From: Eledone cirrhosa
Lineage: Eukaryota
DNA length: 64,000 bases
Assembly (NCBI GenBank): GCA_964016885.1
Contig: OZ024740.1
Location: forward strand, 177,506,001 to 177,570,000
Reading direction: 5' to 3'
Shown here one piece after another: positions 13,534 to 27,982 of the stretch (position 1 is its first letter; each line of letters starts with the position of its first letter). A model generated the notes under the pieces. It was not told the DNA's origin, made no database searches, and saw nothing but the letters and a program-made list of their open reading frames with translations. Both the position numbers and the translations under genes were made by a program.

Positions 13534-13865
13534 GTGGCGAGAATGGCCCGTGTGAATGGGCCTAATCTGACCATGCGCCTATAGGCTAGCTAACTTGAGG
13601 AGAGGGGTGCTCTCCCTGGGTGCCCCAGAAGCGCAGCGTGGTTCAGGATTGGTGGGGTACCTGAGTCACCCCAGGGTCGTCCACCCCCTAACTGGGAATT
13701 TATTTTGTTATATTTATGCTTAGTTTATTTTATATTTTTTATATCTTCAGTGTTAAATTAGTCTTGCCATTGTGCACTTTTACTCGACCTTATTGTAACC
13801 CCCACTGTCCCTGTCTTTGTATTGTCCCCTACATGTCGGCCCTTGTGGCTAATAAATGAAATCAT
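13534..13865 (+). mobile_element. Probable LINE (L1/Tx1-like) 3' end
   Basis: Short C-terminal peptide VARMARVNGPNLTMRL*, then a UTR ending gcccttgtggctAATAAAtgaaa; family assignment from recall only. Confidence 0.4.
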
Positions 13866-13875
13866 TATGATTATG

Positions 13876-14292
13876 GTTGGTAGTATCGGTAGAGCGTCAG
13901 ACACTATGCTTTGCAGCATAGAGTTACGGCCCTTGAGGGTTTTATTTCTAATCCCCTCGAGGTTAACTTTGCCTTTCATTCTTACGGGGTCGATAGAATA
14001 AAGTACCATTCACGTACTGTGGTCGATTTCATCGATTTTCCCCTCCCCCGGAATTGCTGGCCTTGTGCCTATATAAGAAACGATATTATTATTATTATTA
14101 TTATGGTTTGGCAGTATCGGTAGAGCGTCAGACACTATGCTTTGCAACATAGAGTTACGGTCCTTTACGGTCTGATTTCAAATCCCGCCGAGGCTAACTT
14201 TGCCTTTCATCCTTACGTGGTCGATAAAATAAAGTACCAGTAATGCACTGGGGTAATTGATGTCCTTGTGCCAAAAGTAGAAACAATTATTA
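13876..14292 (+). mobile_element. Two tandem copies of SINE family A (13876-14090, 14107-14292)
   Basis: Both start tgg(t/c)agtatcggtagagcgtcagacactatgc and end in (att)n. Confidence 0.85.
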
Positions 14293-14563
14293 TAGTTATT
14301 ATTTTGTTCGTTCTTTTATCGACTCGTACTGTTAGTCCATTGTTTATCCAACGTAATTTGTTAAAAATTTAATATTGTTTTAGAGTCATACCAATCGATA
14401 TCTTAGTGAGCTGGTTAGTTTTTCACTACTTTTAGATCTTGGAGGCTACACCTGAGTTTGTTTTCCAAACACGCCCTCTAAATTTCCTTTACTGAATTGA
14501 ACAACGGGCTCTCTGCAAGGCAGAACTGCCATCTGTCCACCAATGTTAACACTGTCACCTGTA

Positions 14564-14880
14564 CGACAACAGACACCAACAACAACAGCAACAACAAATA
14601 CAACAGCAGTAACTGCAGTAATAATACCGACAACAGACACCAACAACAACAGCAACAACAAATACAACAGCAGTAACTGCAGTAATAATACCGACAACAG
14701 ACACCAACAACAACAGCAACAACAAATACAACAGCAGTAACTGCAGTAATAATACCGACAACAGACACCAACAACAACAGCAACAACAAATACAACAGCA
14801 GTAACGGCAGTAATAATACTGACAACAACTGTAGCGACAACCACAGCAGCAACAACAAACACAACAAGAGTAACTACAGT
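14564..14880. repeat. 64-bp minisatellite (4 units plus a diverged fifth)
   Basis: cgacaacagacacc at 14564, 14628, 14692 and 14756. Confidence 0.9.
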
Positions 14881-15329
14881 AATAATTGTTTCTATTTTTG
14901 GCACAAGGCCGGCAATTATTTCAGTGTATTACTGGTACTTTATTTTATCGACCCCGTATAATACCGACAACAACTGTAGCGACAACCACAACAACAACAA
15001 CAAGCAAAACCGAAAGTCCCGTGCAGCAGGAGTTACTCGTGAACTTGAATTCCTGCCACTGCCAATGATTGCCATCGTAAACGCCGCCGTCCCCACCTCC
15101 ATAACAGTGAACACAGTCAAAACAGAACTACCCGCCACTATCAAAGCCACTACAGGCAACACCACTAAAACAAGAAAAAGTATTAATACAAATGATAGTA
15201 ACGACATAAATAACAAAAACAGTACCAACGACAACATGAACTCCTACAACAACTACAGCAGTGACAAAACCAACAACAACAACAACAAAACCAATGACAA
15301 AATTGATAACACTAATAACAACACAACAA

Positions 15330-15990
15330 CAATGTTTTTGGACACCTTAAATGCAAATAAAACAGAAATGTTTCCATTAACACTTGAAAACAAGAACTCT
15401 GAATTAGCTCGAGACAAAGAGATAATAAAATTTGAAAGCGGGAAGGCCGCAGTTGTGGTGCCACTCGAAATAGTGGCACAAGGGGCCAAAACAATGGTCC
15501 CCTACCGAACTATGGCCCCATGGACCCACCGAGCTGAACCTGCCGCAGTTACTCAAGGAGAAAAGGTACTAAAAGATGTAATGTTAAACGTGGCCCATAA
15601 CCAAAGAGCAAGAGCTTCTCTTTAAAAACGAAGACCTCACGCAAAAACATTCGGTTGACTCCTGTTGGAGTGATGAATTCGTCCTTTATCCAACGTACCT
15701 TTTAAAGAGAACTGTTAGGCTGATGATACCGGGTATTCCGCCAGTCGTAAATTTGGTGGATTTTAGCCTGGGTTGTCATTTAGTGGTCCTTGATGTTAAA
15801 CGAAGCGAAAGTGAAAATTGGTCTGACATAGATCGGGGTATTCTGCCCCGGGTAAAGCCAGATCAAATAGAAAAATTCCCTGGCCTAATACTGCTGCCCA
15901 ATGGAGTAGACCTCCAAATAAATATCGAAGCGAAAAGCAAAAACGTCATCTTTGTAGGTCCACAAACCATCTAAATGCTTTCTGCTCACA
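15330..15990 (+). pseudogene. Degraded LINE ORF1 (gag-like) fragment
   Basis: VRLMIPGIPP...LQINIE followed, after a frameshift, by RHLCRSTNHLNAFC, a CX2CX4HX4C knuckle with the first Cys mutated. Confidence 0.5.
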
Positions 15991-16003
15991 CACACACACA
16001 AAA

Positions 16004-16185
16004 ATAATTATTTCTACTTTTGGCACAAGGCCAGCAATTACCCAGTGCATTACTGGTACTTTATTTCATCGACCCCGTAAGGATGAAATGCAAAGTTAAG
16101 CTCGGCGGGATTTGAACTCAGACCGTAAAGAGACGTAACTATGTTGGAAAGTATGGTGTCCGACCCTCTACCGATTCTGCCAATT
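16004..16185 (-). mobile_element. SINE family A with a target-site duplication
   Basis: Full copy flanked by cacacacacaaaaataat (15991-16008 and 16186-16203). Confidence 0.85.
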
Positions 16186-16945
16186 CACACACACAAAAAT
16201 AATAATAATAAAACAGGAAAACAGAGGCCACCGCTACTACCAACACCCCCTCCTCAACAAAAGCAACAACAACGACAGCATGCCACACAAGCAACTCAAA
16301 TTCCAACAAGACCAGCAGCTGCAACAATGACAACAACAAAAGTAGCTGAGATAACTATAGCACCAACAGCAGCAGCAAAAACACTACCACAAACAACACC
16401 AACTCCCGTGGAAGACATGTCCGTCTCTGACTTCACACATATGGACATAGATTGAGATGACGGTAAGGTATGGAAAATCGTCTTCCACAAAAACAAAGAT
16501 AATAAAACAAACTCCTTGTCTTTGCCCTAAAATAGAGGGCGAAAGTTTGGGGAAGAAGCTAAAGCAGAGAGACAAGGGCCAACACCCACACAAACCTCAA
16601 CATCTTGTTTGTTACTCGTAAGACCAAATGTGCTTGAAATCTGATTCAAATTAGTTATCCATTGGATTGGAACTTGGACGAGGTGACGATTAAGCTGGGA
16701 AATGTTACACAGCTATAAAATAAAGGCTATCTCAGTAAATTCAAACAAACGTGATTAATGCATACAGAGTTTTGAGATCGTGCTATCGTCTGGTCGAAAT
16801 GATTTGGCGAAGGAAAATCTAATAGGACCGTAGCGTCTGCTCATGTGTGAGACGCAAGGGCCTTGTTTCAGGGGAAGGGGCTACCAGGGTACAAGTCCTC
16901 ACCACCTTTCCAAACGTCTATATTTTATTTTTTGTTTATTTAATA

Positions 16946-17123
16946 TAATTGTTTCTACTTTTGGCACAAGGCCAGCAATTACCCACTACATTACTGGTAC
17001 TTTTTTTATAGACCCCCGTAAGGATGAAAGGCAAAGTTAACCTCGGCGGGATTTGAACTCAGACGGTAAAGGGACGTAACTATGCTGGAAATCATGGCGT
17101 CCGACCCTCTACCGATACTGCCA
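16946..17123 (-). mobile_element. SINE family A
   Basis: Full-length reverse copy. Confidence 0.85.
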
Positions 17124-17619
17124 ATAAATTCTTTAAACTTATTTTTTTATATCTGAACATCATTTGAATATATAAAGTTTAATTAGCGTACAATTTTGCT
17201 TAGGTGATAGGACCCGGGAAAGGCACCATAAGCAATACTAATATGCTCCTTTAAGAATCAACAAATGTTGGTTTGTCCCAATCACATTTTTAAGGCAAAC
17301 AAGGCCCATGCTGTGATGATATGATTTCTTTGTTTCAAATGTAACTTTTGAGGACCGAGGTTTTGAGTTTAATCTAATGATGTTCATGTATATTATTGAG
17401 GTCATGACATATGCAGAAACCTTCTTCGACACTGAAATTCTTTTGTATAACTTGAATCTTTTGATTATCTGCAGCCTTGTGCCTGGCATAGTGTGAGAGG
17501 TCAAGTACTTGGTATCTAGAGAATTAACAGGGTCTCAAAGTACTCTTGCTGTTATAATATATGGTTGTCACATCAATACATCACCATTTCACATGCAATA
17601 AATTGTAACCATTCTACAT

Positions 17620-18000
17620 GCACCAAAGAAATCGGTCCTAACGTTGATTAGATTACTCTCACCACTGAGTATCTCCAGAGTCACACTCAGACAGAGGTTG
17701 CAGATGTCAGATCTGGTGGTATCTCCCTAACCTTTGCCCACACCAAAGAATACGGAGTCTTGTCCAGCTTGAGCTTCCAGATTAGTTCGGAAAGGGCAGT
17801 ACTTTTCGTTTTGCTGATCCTATTAAAGAAATGGCTCTGATTATACCATCTGTCCCTGAAACTCGACGATGTGGCTCCTATGTATAGGTGCTCTGAGTTG
17901 GGCGTTGTAACTTTGCATCGGTAGACTATTATCTTCATTAGGCATTCAGTTTTTTAGGGGGCATAATGTGGGGTTTCTGCAGTTGCATGAAGTGGTCAAT
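17620..18000 (-). mobile_element. PLE GIY-YIG endonuclease fragment (same type as the 37860-39975 ORF)
   Basis: CNCRNPTLCPL (CxCx5C), IVYRCKV..LYIGATSSSFRDRW..TALSELIWKLK. Confidence 0.8.
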
Positions 18001-18479
18001 CCTTGTATGCTTACCGTAGGGTTCCCATTGTGTAGGTTGGGGTGGTCGATTCCTGTGACGAGTACAGGGTCCTGGTTTGTTGGTGTTCCTCGGGTCAGTC
18101 ACGGGTCCACGATTTACCCCCTCAATGATCTGCTGGGTGGCTATAAGATCAATTGTTGTCTGTCTAGAGGTCCTAAGTATATTCCTATTGATATTATCTG
18201 TGTGCTGGGCTACGCTGCGCGTGGTGGAGTATGTATAGATGTAGGTATGTGCGTGTGTGCACGTGTGGGTGTACGTCGATGGATGTTTGCGGGTGTATAC
18301 TAAATGTTTAAAATATAGATTCAAATTTTTAACACTTCTAGATTTTAACACACACATTTATAGCACTATAAGACCTAGCGATATAGAGAAGCACTAACGC
18401 TACCAAAGGAACCCATATCAATTTACATACATACATTCTTCCCTAACAGCCTGAATACTACCACAACAGGGTGTTAGTG

Positions 18480-18765
18480 ATTGACCTACTAACTGACCTG
18501 CTCACACCACTGCCACTACAGGCAAGTAGGTCAACTGGACTGGTGTCCTCGGCCCTAGAGCTACCTCCTTGCTCACCACCATAGGCGCTGAGCTGGCCAG
18601 CCACAGGTGTGAGCCTCGCGAGTTGGAATGGCTCTTCCAGCGCATCACCCTTAACATCCTCCTGGGAAACGCCCTCTCCATTCTGTCCGCCGGGTCTGTG
18701 GGGAGGGCATCAACATGATTACTTAACCATTTCTGTACCTTATAGTACTAAATCCAGCATACATA
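18480..18765 (+). mobile_element. CRE-like non-LTR retrotransposon 3' end
   Basis: Manual translation TGVLGPRATSLLTTIGAELASHRCEPRELEWLFQRITLNILLGNALSIL matches the C-terminus of REL-bearing CRE-like elements. Confidence 0.65.
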
Positions 18766-18882
18766 CATGTCAATGAAAGACAATCAATTTCTAGCCAAGT
18801 TTGTTGCTTCAATTTCTAATTTTTTTGTCATTGACTTCAATGATACGCTACAAGACGTTGGCCCAAGAATCACCAATATTTG

Positions 18883-18927
<45 letters not shown>

Positions 18928-18934
<7 letters not shown>

Positions 18935-19253
18935 CAAAATATTAACAAATGGAAGTTATTCACATAATCAAAATATATGCTTTATTATATATATTTCAAA
19001 GGTACTGTGTTTTTTCTTTTTCAGTACGTCTTCATCAGATAATCTGATGAAGACGTACTGAAAAAAAAACAATACAGTACCTTTGAAATATATATATAAT
19101 AAAGCATATATTTTGAATATGTGAATATCTTTCATTTGTTAATATTTTGAATAATATTAAAAACTCAAGGAAAACTCCACTGTTGAGTGCTTTTAATCTA
19201 TTGTAAAATTGTATTCATTGAGTAATCAACGAACCATATTAATCTTTGGTTTT
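18928..19253. mobile_element. Palindromic PLE-type mini-insert with two divergent hammerhead cores
   Basis: Arms 18928-19040/19042-19155, axis at 19041; CTGATGA-AGACGTACTG..CAGTACCTTT-GAAA-(TA)n-ATAAAGC on both strands; extension with TGTTGAGTGCT. Confidence 0.75.
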
Positions 19254-19276
19254 ATATATATATATATATATATATA

Positions 19277-19526
19277 CAATATTAAATAAATGGAAACTAT
19301 ATTTATAAAACCATATTTATTTCATTATATATATTTCAGGGATAACATATTAACAATATGCTATGCCGTTTCGGACGATAGATAGATTTGGAATTGGAAA
19401 AAATGTCTTTAGATAAAAATAACAGATCCATTCATGTTGACTTATCTTGCAAATATTTGTCGAGTGCTTTTATATCAGTTATAAATATTTACTAGTTGTA
19501 ACACAACAATTTAAATATAACTTTCC

Positions 19527-19527
<1 letters not shown>
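19277..19527 (-). mobile_element. PLE-type mini-insert related to 9453-9606, hammerhead core decayed
   Basis: Shares aactatatttataaaaccatatttattt and ttaaatataac termini with 9453-9606; contains GTCGAGTGCT. Confidence 0.6.
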
Positions 19528-19559
<32 letters not shown>

Positions 19560-22500
19560 CTAGCTGAGCTACCCGGTGATGCCCGGGTATTTTATGAAAG
19601 TTACAATATATTTGGCACACATTACAAAATATTTGACCATTCAAATATGATTGTTGAATTTTGACCAAAGTAGGAATTATAGCAGAATATTTATTGCCGT
19701 TTGGTCAAAGTAAATCATCTAGATAAAAATATTATTTTTTTCCAGTGGTGATTTTTTTAATACTGCTCCCTATTACAGTCAGCATATATAATGCTTTACT
19801 CATAGATGAATCATTAGGTATGTTGTCAGTGAAAAGGGCATGACCAAAAAAATACATTTAGATTTTTTTATTTATCCTTTTCATTCTATTTTTCTTTTCG
19901 CTCAATCTGAACCTCTGAAATTCAAACAGCATGTAAAGACTATTTTAAAAACGATAAATAGAATAAGAAAATAAATTTAGCATTGGTTAATGATTGAATG
20001 AAGCATTTACTTACTCATTTCTGTAATTCGGGGAAAGTGTATTTAAATTTGTACACTGTAGCTTTCACCAACCTTTGCCTCTATGGCAGTAGGATCTTGT
20101 TTGAGGGAGATTTGTTTTCTATTTCTATTAGCTATACCAACAGTTGTAGTGGCTCACATGACATACATAGATACATACACACACATGTATGTGTGTAAGA
20201 CGTGATTTGAAATGGATTTTGCTAATATTTCTAGTAGATCGAGTTATCACATAGAACCATTCCTTTTTGCTTCATACATATATATACATACCTGAGAAAG
20301 TAAGGTGGGATTTGAAGGAAATTTGGCTGCTATTTCTACCCAACAAAGTCCTCACTTATACTACTTTATATAACAGAAGTACCCGGGAATGCCTGCATAT
20401 TCTTCCAAAGTAACACCATGCAGTAAATTTGCTGCTTCAGAATTCCTTGCAAACTACATGACTAAGGAATTAGGATCTGTGTGTATTGTCATTGAATGAG
20501 GAATTACGACATTACTCATTCCAAAGCCTCTGGATAAACAACATTCTTGGTAAGGCTCAGCAGCTGAAAGTGGGGCCAGAGATAGGATGTTTTCAGACAG
20601 GAATTGACCTGATCAGCTCGAGTCCCTCGAAGAATTACAGGCAGAGTTTGTCTGAAATCACCAGCAAGACCCATTGTCCCTCCTCCCATTATGCAACTAT
20701 TTTCTCTCAGATCCCTTATCGTCCGGTCCAAAGCTTCAATTGCTCCTTTATGGCTCATACTAGCTTCATCCCAAATTATCATCTTGCATGTTTGCAGATG
20801 CTTGCTCTTGGGTGAGTTCTTCTTGATGTTGCAAAAAATATTTTTCATGCCGTGTGAGATCTACGGGCAGCTTAAACATGGAGTGTGCAGTTCTTCCTCC
20901 ATCCAGAAGTGTTGCTGCAATGCCACTTGAAGCCACAGCAAGGTCAATATGTTGCTTTTGGCGAACTTTTGCAAGCAGGAGGTTTATGAGGAATGTCTTG
21001 CCTGTGCCAGCAGGAGCATCGATGAAGAAAAGTCCTCCCCTGTCATTTTGAATGTTTTCGATGATGTTGTGGTAGGCGTATTTCTGGTCATCCATCAATC
21101 GAGGTTCATTTTCATCCACAAACTTACGCAATGCTTGAATATCGTAGTTTGTCTCCTGAAAAATGTCTTGTGCTACTTCCATTTCTTCATCTGGCTGGCA
21201 TCCCGCAGTTAGTTAATGTGCTATTCATTGCCCGAACTCGATGGAACAGGTCACAGAGAGCTTGATTGTAAATCCTGGTGGTATATTCCATATACATATT
21301 GCCATGATGTCTTCGGGCTAGGTGTAGATAGTCGTCCGACATATTGTTTTCGTACTCCTGCCAGAGTAGATGAGCTTCACCAATTCCACATGCTGTGAGC
21401 AAATAATTGTCTTATTTGACTGGCTACTTGAGTGAGTGCTGCTTCTTCTAGGCACTTCTTCCAGTGTCCATTGTCATGCAGGAGTCCATGCTGTTTACAT
21501 GCTTCTTGGTATGTTGCGCACTTCCTTCCTCTGAAGCACCTAAGATCATCAAATGACGTTGGTCCTCGAACAATATGCAGAAGTAGCCGTAAATAAAAAC
21601 ATTCTCTGTTGTTGGGATGGACATTGTAAACACGCCCAATAGCATCAGTTGTCTTGACTTCGTGACCTTCCACTAAATGACCCTGCTTTCTTCGATTCCA
21701 GGTCTTGCAATTGGTCCACGTGTAGTATGTTGGGACTTCAGCATATAGGAGGGATCGACCAAATTCATCATTCTGACAGAGTTTAAAGAAAGCAGCTAGT
21801 GTAGTGTCATGTGATGCTTATGCCAACTGATGAGCAGTGATCTCAGTGAAGTACACTCTCTGTCCATTTTCCAGATGGACTGAGGGGTTGACCACTGTTG
21901 GGTGGCATTGGTGGATATCAAATCCAAAGATTCGCCAGATAGCTTCATTGCTGGAGATGTATCGACCTGCTTGAAACCGTTTGACCTCATCCAGCCCACC
22001 ATCATTGAGTTCTTTGTCAGTAATAAAGGTAGCCATGTCACTGCCTTTGTTGATATATTTTGTGACTTATAGGATTGCCTTGACGGAGCTGCAATACTCA
22101 AGATATAATATCAAGCTTTTAAAAGTTTACACAACAATTTGTTGTTTGGGAGGACCCACTGATTGTTTATGGTCAGCTCCGCTCCTCGAACTGTTAGGCT
22201 TGCAGTATTGCCTCCATGTTCTGGTCTACGCCTACGATAAAAGGGGTATCCATTATTGTCAGTCCGAGTTTCCCGAATAAAAGCTCTAGGATAATGTTTG
22301 CTGCATTTTTTATCTTTCTTGCAGGGAGAGGCTGGATTGATGACTCCACATGGACCATGAATGAATTTGAACTTGATGGTTTCAAAGAGCTCTGGATCAC
22401 CACCTTTATCAGGCAACTCTGCTGAAATGATATTATCAACATCATCTGGTCTTATCTTCTCCTTGCACCAGATTAGTGTGTGAGAGTGAGGAAGACCTCT

Positions 22501-25500
22501 CGTCTGCCACTCAATAGTGGTCATCCAAGCACTAAGCTCACCAAAGATTCTTCCTTCTCTTAGGAGTCAGATGAGTTTTTTTTTTTTTTGCTTTTCATGG
22601 GAAACCCGAGCAATGAGGTAATGTCGATCCTTTGGTTTTTGATTTTGAAATAATTCGTTTGCTATTTCTGACCAGTTTGAATTGCATGTAATGAAGAGAT
22701 CTGGCTGACCAAATTTTCTGACATAGGCCATTGGATCTTGCGTACGTTCATGCATGTAACATAGTCCTCCGGAGAAGCTTCATGGTAGTATGACTGGCTG
22801 GCCAATATTTCTTTGGTCAACATCAGAATTGATGGCATCTCTAAGGTGGAAGTAGTTATCTACCCTCAACTTAGTTTGATTCCTTCGCAGAAAACCCAAT
22901 CTTTCTGTTTCAATTCTGGCTGGTTACTTCTTTGAATTGCAGAACTTGGTTGAAGTGATCACGTGCCATGAAATGTTAAGCATAGAATTCTTTGCAGCTG
23001 ATTGATCGGCCAGTTTCTTGTCCCGTTCCTGGGCTGATCTGCCGTAGCTGAAAATGATATCCATCTTGACCATTCCAAAAGATGAGCGGATATTAGAGTG
23101 AATCATAGGCTCTATGAGTTTCACAAATTCGCTCCAAATGTCCACCTCGTTTTTGCAAAACAATGTCACGTCGTTCATGCTGTTCATCAACCATTATGAT
23201 TGCAACTTCATCAGTGACAGGTGCATTGAATCTGAATTCTGAAGCTGGGCGTTTGTCTGCCCTAATGATGATTTTACGATCTCTGGTGTTGTTCATATGC
23301 TCCAGTGCATATTTAAATACACTGACGTACATGTGATGTTGGTGAAGCATTTCTTGTAACTTTATGACTATGTAGAACTGAAATCCACCATGGACATTGG
23401 TACATCTTTGTTGTGCCAGCGTTTCATTTCCACCCATGAAGTAAACCTGCACAAATTTGTGAGGCTCCTGTGAAAGTGGCGGAAGGCCACCCATTAAGTG
23501 GTAACACTGTCCCTGAATTTTATAAGTTGTACAGAATCTAAAGTCAGTCACATTCTTGTCAGCCCCAAAAGATGTCATTTGAAAAGCAGAATTATATTTT
23601 ATGATGTATTTATTGAAGTGTGGTGCTTCTGGTGTATGCTGAAGGAGCATATTCTTCAGAAATTCAGGAGGTTCTTGTATTGTTTTAAGGCTCACTTTGC
23701 CTTTTGAGCAGCATAGACTTGGTGTTTTTGCTGCCCACTTCTTGGCACTACAATACTGGCAGCATTTGTTCATTTCCCAATGTTGATTTGTGGATTACTG
23801 CTGTAGTCCTTTTGGGAGTCATAAGAAAAAGCACCCATCAGCCAGTTCATTTTACTTGTGGCTTGTTCTCCTGCTCGGGCAGTAGAACGATGTGCTTGAT
23901 TAGCATTTCGTTTGATTTGTTGCTGTTCCTTAATTTGTTGTTCTTGTGTAGCAGCAGTCCTTTGTTCCCTTTCATCCAAACGGTGTGCTCGTGCTAAAGC
24001 TGTTTGGGCTCTGTTAGCAGCTAGAGGGGCATGCCGAACTTCTTCATTTTCTTCAGATCGCTGTGTTTTCTTTCTCTTAGACTCTGAAGATGACCTTCCA
24101 TATAATGATCTTGAACGTTTTCTAGTCACTTGAAGCGATATTATTACACACCACACTCTTTCCGAAATAGAAACAACTATAGAATGTATTGTTCACTCAG
24201 TAAAGTTGTTTTAAATGATCGCTTTATATGAATGTATATTAGGTGTAATTAATTTTAGACATATGTAGAAAATATTGGGATTTCAGATTGTATTCTGAAA
24301 TTATCATTTTTTTATCCATACCCCCCCCCACCCCCCTCCTTAAAAAAAAAAAAAACGACAAACACTACAAAAAAATTTTCTGTGTTAATTCAAATAACAC
24401 CGGAAAATAATATATTCAAATAATAACTTTTAAAAAATATTTTTTTAAAGCATTTTGTCTGTTAAATACATACATATATACAACTTCTATAAAAGCATCT
24501 GTGATTTCTTTAGAAATATGTAGAAAATAAGCTTTGATGGTAACATATATCGTCTGCTAAAGATCCCCCCCCCCCCCATAACACACACATATGTGTGTGT
24601 AAATATATATATAAACGCGGACACACGTTATGTAAAGAATCCCTTCAATCACCCTCCCTCTCTCCTGCCTCTTTACTTTTTTTCTCTCTCCTATCTTTTC
24701 TCTTTTCTTATTGTCTTTCTCTCCCCATCCGCCTCACTCCCTTATTCTTTCTCATCTCCTCTCTTTCTTTCTCTCTCTCATCCTCTACAGAATAGCGAAC
24801 AAAAAATGAATAAAAGATAAATAACATTGGGAGAGTTAAGAAGTGTGTAAAAACAATAAATAAATAAAAGTCAATGAACGCTGGCTGCTTTCCCTCTTTC
24901 TTTCCCATCCCATTACTCTTTCTCTCTCTTTTTCTCTCTCACCCTCCCCCCTCTCTACAGAATAGAGATCACAAAATAAAGAAAAGATAAATAACGTTAA
25001 GGAAGCGGGAGAGTTAAAAAGTGTGTAAAAATAATAAATAAATAAAAGTTAATAACGCTGGAAGCTTTCCCTCTCTCTCTTTCATCGTATTTCTCTCTCA
25101 TCCCCTTACTCTCTTTCTTTCTCTCTCAAATCCCCTTACTCTCTCTCTCTCCCATCTCCCATTCTCTCTCTTTCTCTCTCTCTTTCTCTCTTATCCATTA
25201 CTCTCTTTCTTTCTCTCTCACATCCCCTTACTCTCTCTCTCCCATCCACCCACTCTCTCTCTATCTCTCTCATCGTCTTACTCTCTCTCCCATCTCCCAC
25301 TCTCTCTCTTTCTCTCTCATCCCTTACTCCCTCTCTTTCTCTCTCCCATCCCTCACTCTCATCTACAAATGGATGATCTCTTTTGATATTCATTAGAAAT
25401 TAAGATAAATTGAATTTAAATGAATTCCTTGCTTTGCAAAGTAAAATTTTTCGACCGTTACCTGCCTGACTGTATAGTGAATATGTACATGTAATTTTGA

Positions 25501-25576
25501 GGAGATTGGTCCGGTAGTTTGCTAGTTTTAGGCGGACACACAGAATCGTAAACTTGCATTTATATATATATATAGA
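19560..25576 (-). mobile_element. Helitron, degraded autonomous copy (~6 kb)
   Basis: 5' TCTATATATA.. at about 25576 (alternative 25580); 3' hairpin cccgggcatcaccggg followed by CTAG|T at 19560; RepHel fragments inside. Confidence 0.9.
20516..24135 (-). pseudogene. Helitron Rep/Helicase (HUH nuclease plus Pif1-like helicase), frameshifted, C-terminus missing
   Basis: CQYCSAKKW..CCSKGKV; PDLFITCN; IEWQTRGLPHSHTLIW (HUH); TKYINKG; FFIDAPAGTGKTFL; VASSGIAATLLDGGRTAHS; IIWDEASM; AGDFRQTLPV; LSLTKN. Confidence 0.92.
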
Positions 25577-25850
25577 TAGATATGCAGGTAAAAGCAACAC
25601 TAACAGGTTGACCTGTTTCTAGGAAAACTGACTGAAGAATTTCAAAAGACTTACGGCTGGGCTGTTGATATGGTATCTGACCAATGAAGTGAAGGTAAGT
25701 CCTTTGGACGCTGAAATTCATTCATTCTAAATCATATGCTTTCAGCTCCTTGGATGGATAACACCATACTCCGGATCTGAACATATCAACGAATTAACAA
25801 AGTTAAATCTATTCCAACATTTTGTTTTCCTATTTTTTCTGTTCACGTTC

Positions 25851-25915
25851 TAACTGCCTGATGAGGTTATAGCTGTTGAATAATGGTTATCACTGAAATA
25901 TATATATAGCAGCTA
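25851..25915 (+). ncRNA. Type I hammerhead ribozyme motif
   Basis: TAACTGC-CTGATGA-GGTTATAGCTGTT GAAT AATGGTTATCACT-GAAA-TATATATA-TA-GCAGCTA, followed by AATAAA. Confidence 0.72.
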
Positions 25916-26050
25916 ATATGAATAAACGAAGTTAATTTTAACTTGTTGACTTACACTTCTTGTTTTTACATTACTTACCACCCGCTCTAACATTTATATT
26001 GAAGTGTCTGTAAACAACCAACACATACTCAAAGTTATATATATATATAT

Positions 26051-26828
<778 letters not shown>

Positions 26829-27148
26829 TGTTTGTGTGTGTGTGTGTGTATTTGTGTTTGTGTGTTTGTGTGTTTGTGTGTGTATGTGTGTGTGTATATA
26901 CCATTCGTAATTTATATAACCAGGTCATGTTACGAGCATACGAATTGTATATATGCGTGGGTGTGAGGACTCGCTCGAGAAAGCATTTCCGTGATCGTAT
27001 ACATGCCTGCGTGTATGTGGGTCTTTGAATGTGTATATGTGGCGTCAGAGGAAGAGATGTGAGTAAATAATCTTACATGCATGTCTATGCATGAATGCAT
27101 TTATAAGTGTTTATTGGCAATATGATACACGCTGGTGCGTAGGAATAG

Positions 27149-27194
<46 letters not shown>

Positions 27195-27982
27195 TTTCTG
27201 TATAATATATATGTATATATAATTATTAAGGCCAGTTACTACAACGATGTCATACAGGTATGTACCTTTCGTTAGCCCTGAGAACCAACTTGTTCAACCT
27301 GTGCCAATGAAAATGAACCGGAAAATGTTTACCCAGAAAGGAAAATACAGAACAATAGTGAAAGAGAGAAGAACCACAAAAACAAGGGGAGATAATCTAG
27401 ATGATCTAGGAGAGACACTGACCGGAAAAATGCAAGCAAATGAGCTAATAATTTTGAGGGAGCTAGAAAGAAATCTAGTGATCAAGAAAGATATAAATCA
27501 ATATTAAGGAAGCCAGTTCTTTTAAAGGTGCTTAGAAACGTACGTGTGTGAAATGGTTTGTTTTTGTTTTGGAAATTAGTTAATATATCGACCATTTCTC
27601 AGCATTACATAATCTGCAATACTTGCGCCCATTTATATATGGTCGAGATTTTTCTAGTATTTTTCATTTGATGGAGAAGTCTATGTTCTTGTCTTTGAGT
27701 TGTCATATTTTATAGTTTAGAAAATCGGATGAGAAAGAAGACAGAAAAATAGTAGTAGACAGAGGCAACTGTGAGGACCCGAAAACCTCATCTCTCAGGT
27801 TAGGTCTGTACGCCAACCACTAGACAAAAAAACCGCTTACACCAATTCCCCCTTTTTAGAAGAATTTCATGCGGTAGCTAGATGTGTAAATAAAGCGGTC
27901 GAGTTAAAAAGACTTGGGAAGATTTGAAATTTGATGTGCGTGACCGCCAACCCAAATAACATTTAAAATAGTCGATCAGTAT

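Noticed and set aside
14564-14880. CRISPR-like periodic repeat
   Set aside because: Contiguous 64-bp tandem units without unique spacers, in eukaryotic DNA
14924-15625. 233-aa ORF as a host gene
   Set aside because: It starts inside a SINE fragment, runs through AAC-rich low-complexity DNA and merges into a decayed LINE ORF1
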